Assembly (NCBI GenBank): GCA_002269645.1
Contig: NIVC01001433.1
Coordinates: 1-64,000, forward strand
DNA: 64,000 bases
Source of the DNA: Macrostomum lignano
Taxonomy: Eukaryota
Reading direction: 5' to 3'
The notes under the pieces are model-generated. The model made no database searches, had not been told where the DNA came from, and saw nothing but the letters and a program-made list of their open reading frames with translations. Below, in pieces: positions 54,701 to 64,000 of the stretch. Each line of letters begins with the position of its first letter. The first letter of the stretch is position 1. The translations under genes were made by a program, and so were the position numbers.

Positions 54701-57700
54701 GCTGTTTTATTTTATAGATAGTGCTTGGCGGAGTGGGGGCTGTTTTATTTTATAGATAGTGCTTGGCGGAGTGGGGGCTGTTTTATTTTATAGATAGTGC
54801 TTGGCGGAGTGGGAGCTGTTTTATTTTATAGATAGTGCTGGGCGGAGTGGGGGCTGTTTTATTTTATAGATAGTGCTTGACCGAGTGGGTGTAAAACACT
54901 TTTATTTTACAAGTGTTGCTCTAATTTAGTGACTGTCTAATTATCATAGATTGAGCAGAGCGAATGGGGTTGTCCTACTAGACAAGGGTCTCGTTACAAA
55001 CCCTATCTAACAAACCCGATATGCCCAATCCATCCCACAACAGCGAGTCCACATCTTGAAGGCGCTAATCGATTGTCTGCTGTACCGCACCGATCAATTC
55101 GTACCCGAACTAGACGAACGCTGCCAGCCAGAAGAGTATCGAGAGATTCGCCTTGGCAGCGTAGGTCAGTGGGTTTATATCCGATTAGAAGGCCTGGACC
55201 TTGAGGCCAGGCACTGGGTCTACAGGCGCTCCGAATATCCTGTGATTGAGTATTGCGTTCAACAGTCCGCTTCAAAGAATTCTAAGAAAAAGAATGCGAC
55301 CCCCACGCCGGAAAAGGCTGGCGCCGGCGCCGCTTCTGGTCGAAAACGAAAAGCTGCGTCGCCATCGCCGTGTCAGACGCCGACGCCAAAATCAACTTCA
55401 TCGACGTCGAGGGGTCGTCGTCGAAGAACCGCCGCCGCGTCGCCGCCATCCACGCCGACGCCGACTCCTAGGTCGACTTCGACTTCAACTACTAGAAGCA
55501 GTCGAGGAGGTCGACGCTCTCGTCTTGCGGGTCGACGTAGAGTTGATGGCGATATCGACGTCGAAGTCAAAGCCGAAGCTGACGCCGCGACCGACTCGAA
55601 ATCGTCAACGCCGCCACCGCCGGTGCTGAAACGCGAGGAGGAGCATGAGGCGATGGATACGACGGAGGCTTCGGAGGTCGACAAATCGGCAGCGACAGCG
55701 GCGCCCCAGCTGTCGCTGGCCAACGGCGAGACTAACGGCAAGGAGAAGCAGGAAGTGGAAGAAGAGAAGGTTGACGACAAAACTGACGAAAATAACGATT
55801 CGACGGCTAGCGCTAACGCTGACGCTTCGGCATCCACGTCGGCGTCTACGGCGCCAGCGGCGGACGAGGAGGCTGCGGCAACCGAGGCTCAAGCTGATGA
55901 AGATGACGATGAACGGGATGAAGAGAACGATAAAAAGCTGATTGAGGAGATGTATAAAGTTAATATTGAGGTGTGTTGCTTTGTGTCTGTATTTTAGCTG
56001 GCTTACTGTGTCTTGAAATTCATACTTACCGTGCTAACATGTCCCATACTCCCTTCCGTAACGCATTTGCAGCGTCCCAATGCCTCCGAGTTCGAGCTAG
56101 TAGCGCAGACTCTATCCGAATTGCGCGCCCTCATCTCGGGTCTGCGCGACGACCTCGACGCATTGCAGCGCAGCAAAGACGAATTCGACGTGAAAATTAG
56201 TAAACGCGGACGCAAATCGAAGTCAGTATTGGCGGTAAGCATTAGAAATTTCTGTTGGATTGAAAATGCCTGAGTGGGATATTGAATAAGGAAATCCAAG
56301 CTTGGGATATTGAATAGGGAAATCCAAGCTTGGGATACGATCTATTGAATAGGAACTCCAAAGTGGATATTAAATAGGAAAATCCCAAAGTGGATATTAA
56401 GTAAGGGAATCCCATCGGGAGATATTAAGTAGGGAAATCCCAAAGTGGATATCAAGTAGGGAAATCCCAAAGTGGATATAAAGTAGGGAAATCCCAGCGG
56501 GATTTATTAAGTATGGAAATCTCAGACGGGGTATTAGGTAGGGAAGTGCCAGAGGGGATATTAAGTAGGGAAATCCCAGAGATGGTTATTAAGTAGGGAA
56601 ATTCCAGAGGGTGAGTTTAAGTAGGGAAATCCCAGAGGGGGAGTTTAAGTAGGGAAATCCCAGAGTGGGAGTTTAATTTGGGAAATCCCAGAGGGGGAGT
56701 TCAAGTAGGGAAATCCCAGAGGGGGAGTTCAAGTAGGGAAATCCCAGAGGGGGAGTTTAAGTAGGGAAATCCCAGAGGGGGAGTTTAAGTAGGGAAATCC
56801 CAGAGGGGGAGTTTAAGTAGGGAAATCCCAGAGGGGGAGTTTAAGTAGGGAAATCCCAGAGGGGGACTTTAAGTAGGGAAATCCCAGAGGGGGACTTTAA
56901 GTAGGGAAATCCCAGAGGGGGACTTTAAGTAGGGAAATCCCAGAGGAATTAACGCGCGAATTGTTTTCCAACCCGCAGGTGGACAGCGATGCGCTGAACA
57001 GTCAAATCAGCTCGCACAGAGAGCTGCTAGACGCATTTGTGGCCTTGGAGGCTGACTGGGAGGCGGCCGCGCCCAAGATCAGCCATCGCGAGAGGCGAAT
57101 GCGAGTTCGAGTAATGCACGAGTTTCGGGAGTTCGAACGGAATTCCGTAAGCTTTGTTAGAGCTTTATCTACGTTTGAATTGGTTTCCTTATAGTGTCGG
57201 GTTTAATGCTTAATAGAAGTGACATTGTTGTCGTTCAAACTGTTTAAACCCTAAAAATGGCACTGGAATGTTGAAAAATGGCACTTATTTGTGAAAAATG
57301 ACACTTGAATGTAGAAAATAGCACTTCAATATGAAAGATGGCACTTGAATATGGAAAATGGCACTTGAATGTGAAAAATTACTATTGAATATGAAAAATG
57401 GTACTTAAATGGGAAAAATGGCACATGAATGTGTAAAATGGCACTTGAATGTGGAAATGGCACTTGAATGTGGAAAATGGCACTTAAATGTGGATAATGG
57501 CACTTAAATGTGGATAATGGCACTTGAATGTAGAAAATGGCACTTGAATGTGGAAAATGGCACTTAAATGTGGATAATGGCACTTGAATGTATAAAATGG
57601 CATTTCAATGTGGAAATAGCATTTCAATGTGGATAATGGCACTTGAATGTGGAAAATGGCACTTAAATATGGATAATGGCACTTAAATGTGGATAATGGC

Positions 57701-60295
57701 ACTTAAATATGGATAATGGCACTTAAATGTGGATAATGGCACTTGAATGTAGAAAATGGCACTTGAATGTGGAAAATGGCACTTAAATGTGGATAATGGC
57801 ACTTGAATGTATAAAATGGCATTTGAATGTGGAAAATGGCACTTTAATGCGGAAACTGACACTTGGACGTGAAAACTGGCACTTGAATGTAAAAAATGGC
57901 ATTTAAATATCAAAGTAGCAAAAAATGGCAAAAATGGCACGAATGCAAAAATGACGCCAAGCACGCAAACCCGAACCCCCCAATCCGCCATCAGGACTAT
58001 TACCTTCGCGGCGAACTAGCGGAAGAAGCCGCCATGGACAGTCCTGCAGCTGACGAAGCAGCCGAGGACGCCGACTACGACGATGACAATGACGACGAAA
58101 TCGACAGCGGCAGCGACGAGCTGGACGAGGATGACAACAACGATGATGATGGAAGCGATCAACAATCAGTTGCTATGGACGATAGCAATGTTGGAATTTC
58201 TACTAGGCGCAGAAAGTATCGAATTCGGCCGGCACCGCCGCCACCTCCACCGCCGCAGCAGCAGCAGCAGAAGCAGCAACAGTTACGCAATGTTGGTCCT
58301 CGACCGCCACCCCAGCTGCCTCAGCTGCATTCGTTTGGCCAGCAGCAGCAGCAGCAGCAAAAGTCTGCAACAATTGTTAGATTGGTGAACACTTCCGACA
58401 GTGCCGGTAGCGCTGTTGCTAATGTACACATCAAGTACGAGTCTGCCGCTAGGCAGGTGAGTTAATAATTCAATTTGCGATGTGATCCGAATTTCAACGA
58501 AGACTTTGTCTAATTAGAAGTTCTAGAGACTAGATCAACTTAAACTACCAGGTAGAAACACATAATAAATTAGAAGCACATTATAAACTAAAAACACACT
58601 TTTAAAACTAAAAACACACACTATAAGCTAAAAACACACTATAAACTAAAAACACTAAAACACTAAACTAAAAACTATAAAATAGCAACACATTATAAAC
58701 TAGAAACACATCATAAACTAGAAAGACATCATAGACTGTAAACACATCATAAACTAGAAAGACATCATAGACTGTAAACACATCATAAACTAAAATGACA
58801 TCATAGACTGTAAACACATCATAAACTAGAAAGACATCGTAAACTGAAGTACATCATGAACTAGAAACGTCATAAACTAGAAAGACATAAACTAGAAGCA
58901 CATCATAAACTAGAAGCACACCGTAAATTAGAAACACATCATAAACTAGTAACATAAACTAGAAACATCATAAACTAGAAGCACACCGTAAATTAGAAAC
59001 ACATCATAAACTAGTAACATAAACTAGAAACATCATAAACTAGAAAGACATAATAAACTAGAAACATAAACTAGTAACATCATAAACTAGAAGCACATCA
59101 TAAAGTATAAACACATCATAAACTATAAACATAAATTAGAAACACATCATAAACTAGAAACATAAACTAGAAACACATCATAAACTAGAAACATAAACTA
59201 GAAACACATCATAAACTAGAAACATAAACTAGAAACACATCATAAACTAGAAACAAATCATAAACTAGAAACACATCATAAACAAGAAACACATCATAAA
59301 AAAGACAAATTTTAATCAGTTTTGCTCCCTTCGCTGCAATTTTTCAGGCCACCGCATCTTCGCTGCTGCAACAGCACCTAAACAACAATACTACTAACAA
59401 TAATTCTAGCGTCAATGCATATAGTACTAATAATAGTAGTAATAGCTCCGCATCAGCAGCCAATAGCACCGCTGCTAATTCTGGCACCTTGCCAATACTA
59501 AGCATCCGATTAACTACTCCTCCTGCGGCTTCGTCATCAGCATCATCAGCGGCATCATCGGCATTAGTTGTTGGCCAAGTTGTGAATGTTGTTGATAAGC
59601 CGGTCAGCAGTACCCAGCAACAGCAGCAGCAGCAGTCTAATAATCCTCCCCCAGCTACCCTGATTCGTTCGAATTTAACTCAAACCGTGGACTGCCTTCG
59701 AGGCCCGATCCCGACTACCCGACTGCAGCAGACTCCAGCTGCACGACTGAGCCGTTCTCAGCCTCAACTATTTGTGCTCAGCAATCCAGGCGGTCAGCTG
59801 GTTGCTGTGCAGCAGTCTCTAGCGCCGCAGGCGCATCAGACGGTGCTGTCATCGGCTGCTAGCAGTAGTCACAGCAGTAGCGTCGGCATAGTGAAGCCTG
59901 CCAATGTTGTACTGCTTGCCGCCTCTGCTGCAACAGCTCCCGCAGCTTCCGGCGGAACCCAGACTGTACTGCGTCTGGCGCAACAGCATCAGCCGAACTC
60001 CACTGTGTTTGCGAGTTCCGCTGCTGCTCAGCCTACTATCTTGCTGCAGTCGCAGGCTACTCCTCAGCAGCAGCAGCAGCAGGCAGTCAGAAGAAATGTC
60101 ACCCTCTACAAAGTTGGCGGCATATTGTTTACTCCCGACTGTCGGCCTGTTGTAGTTGAAAATCAAACAATGCGCTACCTGCCTACAGAGAATATTGATG
60201 CTAAATTGATGAACGCTGCGAAACAGGTCATCACTGAGGCGTTGAAATCTCAACAACAGCAACAACAGCAGGCTACTGTGGTTGGCTATCGTTAG
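51727..60295 (+). CDS. BRD10: BRD10/KIAA2026-like bromodomain protein with DDT/WHIM-like segments and a low-complexity C-terminus
   Basis: Phase-consistent exons 51727-51934, 52377-52545, 53038-53590, 53752-54183, 55044-55970, 56073-56234, 56979-57146, 57995-58456, 59348-60295. Motifs ELQSAYRIL, PMCLLKMKEKF, DFRLMLFNCY, EVAHFL, FHELSLFQRVHILKAL, SEFELVAQTLSELRALI are colinear with human KIAA2026 as recalled. Confidence 0.88.
51985..52298. repeat. 18-bp quasi-palindromic minisatellite (TTTGACTGTCAGTGACAA)n
   Basis: About 17 units in BRD10 intron 1. Confidence 0.95.
52575..52829 (-). mobile_element. Second copy of the hAT MITE family of 121-480
   Basis: Minus strand begins CAGGGGTCGGCAGATTCTGGCCCAC and shares AAACTTCACAACAGCAATCC and CAGTCATGCTCTAGGTTCTCTATCTGGCCCTT with the first copy; other end degraded. 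Confidence 0.65.
54232..54890. repeat. 38-bp G/T-rich minisatellite (GATAGTGCTTGGCGGAGTGGGGGCTGTTTTATTTTATA)n
   Basis: BRD10 intron 4; about 16 units. Confidence 0.93.
56285..56946. repeat. 28-bp minisatellite (GTAGGGAAATCCCAGAGGGGGAGTTTAA)n
   Basis: BRD10 intron 6; homogeneous toward the 3' end, degenerate toward the 5' end. Confidence 0.93.
57255..57950. repeat. 20-bp minisatellite (AATGGCACTTRAATGTGGAW)n
   Basis: BRD10 intron 7. Confidence 0.93.
58545..59300. repeat. A-rich 13/18-bp repeat (CATAAACTAGAAA[CACAT])n
   Basis: BRD10 intron 8; 31-bp dimeric units toward the 3' end. Confidence 0.9.
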
Positions 60296-61394
60296 AAAGA
60301 TCTACTACACACTCTGTTGAAATTGGCAACCGATTTTCAGTGCGTCATTACTACAAGTAGCGTAGGCAAAAAACATGGCTTGCATTTTATTGTTGTATTC
60401 GTGGCCTGCTGGTAGTAAGTCTTGTAATCATTTTTGAAAGGTGTAATAATAAAATTGGACTCTTATTGGCTTGACTACTTGTAGTAGTTATACACCTTGT
60501 TTAGTTTAATTTAAGTAAGTCTATCATTGGTATATCTAAACTTATTTCTTTAGAAAATAACTTCTTTTATGAGATAGTGAAAATTTGCATCTCTATTTTA
60601 ATGTTATTGATAGTATGTAACACTATAATTTTAATAAAATATTGGATTGACATAAAATTGCATTTTCAAAGTTTTGACTTGCAAAATCATATTTTTCCTT
60701 TGTCAATAAATCTTTGTAAGTTTTTTTAGTAAGTTTGTAAGCTAAAATTTGCTTTTACCTACTACTGCAAATAAGTAGTATAAACAGTTTTACTAAAAGA
60801 ATTTCATAAAAAGCTGAAATCTCTCCTCTGTATGAGAGTACTTGTGCCGATGGCAATTCCATTTCGCTCACTGCCTGCTTACACTTTGCACTCTATGCTA
60901 AATCAATGTCTGTGCATGCTTTCAAATATAATTAATATTATTATTGTCCAATTCTGTAGTCAGCACTGATTCAACTAAACTTCAACTAAATACTACATAT
61001 TTCGGCTGTCACTTCACTTACGGTACTACTTGTAATATGATTTGTGAATATGTTATTAATGTTTTCATTGCAATGTTATAGTATATCCCGGATCCACCTG
61101 TTAGTTCCCTGTTAGTTAAAACTTTCAACATTAATGTCTATGCGCCCTCTTTAATTAATTATTAATATGTACTCTTCATAATCTATGTCCCAACCCGCCC
61201 TGTTCCGTATGCGATATTTATTTATTAAAATGCTACTGATATTTACTTCTAATAATTTTTATTGTACTGATAAATTAAACGTGAGTTGCAGTTGTGTTTC
61301 ATGCTTAAGTCAATTTTTGTTTATTTTATATGATATTATTAACAGGTAGTTCTTACTGGCCTAGCAACCATTAACTTGGATAGATGCACTCCAA

Positions 61395-61809
61395 AACAGC
61401 TTAGCAACCAGCTAGCAACCAGCCAACTTGGTAGATTGAATGAAAACACAGCTTAGCAACCGGCTAGCAACCAGTCAACTTGGTAGATTGAATGAAAACA
61501 CAGCTTAGCAACCGGCTAGCAACCAGTCAACTGTTGCTAGCTAATTGAGATTGGATGAAAACACAGCTTAGCAACCGGCTAGCAACCAGTCAACTTGGTA
61601 GATTGGATGAAAACACAGCTTAGCAACCGGCTAGCAACCAGTCAACTTGGTAGATTGGATGAAAACACAGCTTAGCAACCGGCTAGCAACCAGTCAACTT
61701 GGTAGATTGGATGAAAACACAGCTTAGCAACCGGCTAGCAACCAGTCAACTTGGTAGATTGAATGAAAACACAGCTTAGCAACCGGCTAGCAACCTGTCA
61801 ACTTGGTAG
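61395..61809. repeat. 52-bp tandem repeat upstream of NUBP1
   Basis: About 8 copies of CTTAGCAACCGGCTAGCAACCAGTCAACTTGGTAGATTGGATGAAAACACAG, ending about 85 nt before the ATG. Confidence 0.93.
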
Positions 61810-61893
61810 TCTCTATCGAAAACGCAGCTTAGCATGTGGCTTAACAACTAATTCCCGCTGCGAATCGTTGCACAATAAAGCAAAATAAAAATT

Positions 61894-63395
61894 ATGTCTG
61901 ACAATCTGACTTCCGCCGATCGTCCTGAAAACGCTCCCGCCCATTGTCCGGGTGTGAGTAGCGAGTCGGCCGGCAAAGCCGCCCCGTGCGCTGGCTGTCC
62001 GAACCAGGGCCTGTGCAGCAGCGGGGCTGGCCGGGCCGGACCCGACCCCGATCTGGACAGAATTCGCGATCGCCTGGCTGGAGTTCGGCGAAAACTGCTT
62101 GTGCTGTCTGGCAAAGGCGGCGTTGGCAAGTCCACTGTTAGCGTCTGCCTGGCCCGCGCCTTTGCTGCCGCTGCCGCTGATGACGGCCAGGTGGAGACAC
62201 CGGTGCATCAGCAGCCTCAGTTGCAGGTGGAGTTGCTTTTTTTCAGAAATTTGTCTGCCCAGCATTCTCGTCCGCCCTTCCTATCCTCGTCTGCCCCTTC
62301 CATCCTTATCCGCCGTTCTATCCTCATCCGCCCCCTTCCTATCTTCATCCGCCCTTTTCCTATCCTCGTCCGCCCCCTTTCTATCCTCATCCGCCCCCTT
62401 CCTATCCTCATCCGCCTATTTCTTATCCTCGTCCGCCCCCTTTCTATCCTCATCCACCCCTTCCTATCCTCATCCGCCCCATTCACAACCTCAACCTCAT
62501 CCGCTCCCATTCACAACCTCAACCTCATCCGCTCCCATTCACACAACCTCAACCCCATCCGCCCCCATTCACAACCTCAACCCCATCCGCCCCATTCACA
62601 ACCTCAACCTCATCCGCCCCCATTCACAACCTCAACCTCATCCGCCCCCATTCACACCTCAACCTCATCCGCCCCCATATACAACCTCAACCTCATCCGC
62701 CCCCTAAACCCGCGCATCCGCAGGTGGGCCTCCTTGACGTGGACATCTGCGGGCCGTCGGTGCCCACCATGCTGGGCCTGCTGGGCGAAACTGTCCACCA
62801 GAGCGCCGACGGCTGGTCGCCCGTCTACGCCGACGAGTCCCTCGCCGTCATGTCCGTCGCTTTTCTATTGGCCTCGCCAGACGAAGCGGTGGTTTGGCGC
62901 GGGCCCCGTAAAAACGGATTAATTAAACAGTTTCTACGCGATGTAGATTGGGGCCAGCTGGACTACCTGTTGATTGACACGCCACCTGGCACCAGCGATG
63001 AGCACCTGTCAATTGTTCAGCTGCTCAAGTCTGCCGGAGTAGACGGAGCAATTATTGTCACCACGCCGCAGGAGGTGTCCCTTCTAGATGCTCGCAAGGA
63101 GGTGAATTTCTGCCGCCGGCTAGGCGTGCCTGTTCTAGGCGTCGTTGAAAACATGTCCGGTTATGTGTGTCCGAATTGTACACGAAAGTCAGACATTTTT
63201 CCGGCCACCACCGGAGGAGCTGCGGCTATGTGCAAAGAGTTCGGACTGCCGCTATTGGCCAGGGTGCCTATTGAGCCGGGGCTGGCGCGGGCCCTGGATC
63301 AGGGTCAATGTCCGATTGACACCATGCCTGACGGTAGCGAGACCATGACCGCTATGCGGCTCTTAATTGACCAGCTGAGGACTGCTCTTCCTTGA
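61894..63395 (+). CDS. NUBP1: Cytosolic Fe-S cluster assembly factor NUBP1 (Nbp35)
   Basis: Exons 61894-62190 (alternative donor after 62226) and 62724-63395; N-terminal C-x13-C-x2-C-x5-C (CPG...[10 protein letters not shown]), P-loop [54 protein letters not shown]. Confidence 0.96.
62272..62704. repeat. C-rich CATCCGCCCC-core repeats (21-bp, then about 28-bp units) in the NUBP1 intron
   Basis: Runs to within about 20 nt of the acceptor. Confidence 0.9.
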
Positions 63396-63467
63396 TGAGG
63401 CCTCACTTGATTTGTATGCTCTGCTGCATTCTGGCCTGACCACGTTTGCTCTGATATGACTATATTC

Positions 63468-64000
63468 ATCCGTCTCCATCCGCCCCCTTATCCGTCCCCT
63501 CTCCGCCTCCATCCTTCCCTTATCCGCCTCCATCCGCCCCCCTTATCCGTCCCTTATCCGCCTCCATCTGCCCCCTTATCGGCTTCCATCCGTTCCTTAT
63601 CCGCCTCCATCCGTCTCCATCCGCCCCCTTATCCGCCTCCACCCGTCTCCATCCGCCCCCTTATCCGCCTCCATCCGCCTCCATCCTTCCCTTATCCGCC
63701 TCTATCCCCCCAATTATCCGCCTCTATCCGCCCCCTATCCGTCCCTTATCCGCCTCCATCTGCCTCCATCCGCCCTCTTATCGGCCTCCATCCGTTCCTT
63801 ATCCGCCTCCATCCGCCCTCTTATCGGCCAACATCCGTCTCCATCCGCCCCCTTATCCGCCTCCATCCGTCTCCATCCGCCCCCTTATCCGCCTCCATCC
63901 GTCTCCATCCGCCCCCTTATCCGCCTCCATCCGTCTCCATCCGCCCCCTTATCCGCCTCCATCCGTCTCCATCTGCCCCCTTATCCGCCTCCATCCGCCC
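63468..64000. repeat. C-rich (CCTTATCCGCCTCCATCCG...)n repeat downstream of the NUBP1 stop
   Basis: Starts about 70 nt after the stop and runs off the window; shares the ATCCGCC core with the intron array. Confidence 0.9.

Noticed and set aside
61894-62922. 342-aa ORF as the NUBP1 product
   Set aside because: Reads through a 533-nt intron and goes out of frame with exon 2; the spliced model restores the conserved sequence.

Overview
Eukaryotic (metazoan) genomic DNA with GT-AG introns, GC-rich poly-Q/poly-A exons and AT-rich spacers. The gene content (USP, DM9 lectins, TTAGGG repeats) and the minisatellite-filled introns suggest a free-living flatworm such as Macrostomum; this is inference only. 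Eight genes can be modelled by hand: BLTP3/UHRF1BP1L-like (5'-incomplete, 1783-22109 +), SQSTM1/p62-like (-), family I inorganic pyrophosphatase (+), two near-identical DM9 lectin genes in a head-to-head inverted duplication around a decayed RT-RNase H LINE, an intronless secreted PAN/LamG protein, a universal stress protein, and BRD10/KIAA2026-like and NUBP1 genes at the right end. Mobile DNA includes two CORE-type SINE copies, hAT MITEs with 8-bp TSDs, a probable Penelope remnant with a hammerhead-like motif and a possible Gypsy gag remnant. The most unusual non-coding patterns are: nearly every intron over 300 nt carries a tandem array, mostly unrelated to one another; one intron has complementary GA/CT arrays near its two ends; a polar 15/16-mer satellite recurs in three introns; a telomeric 5-hexamer higher-order repeat sits in the likely 3' UTR of the PPase; and TACATGTA appears strongly over-represented. 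All coordinates and counts are by hand, and homology calls rest on recalled sequences, not database searches.
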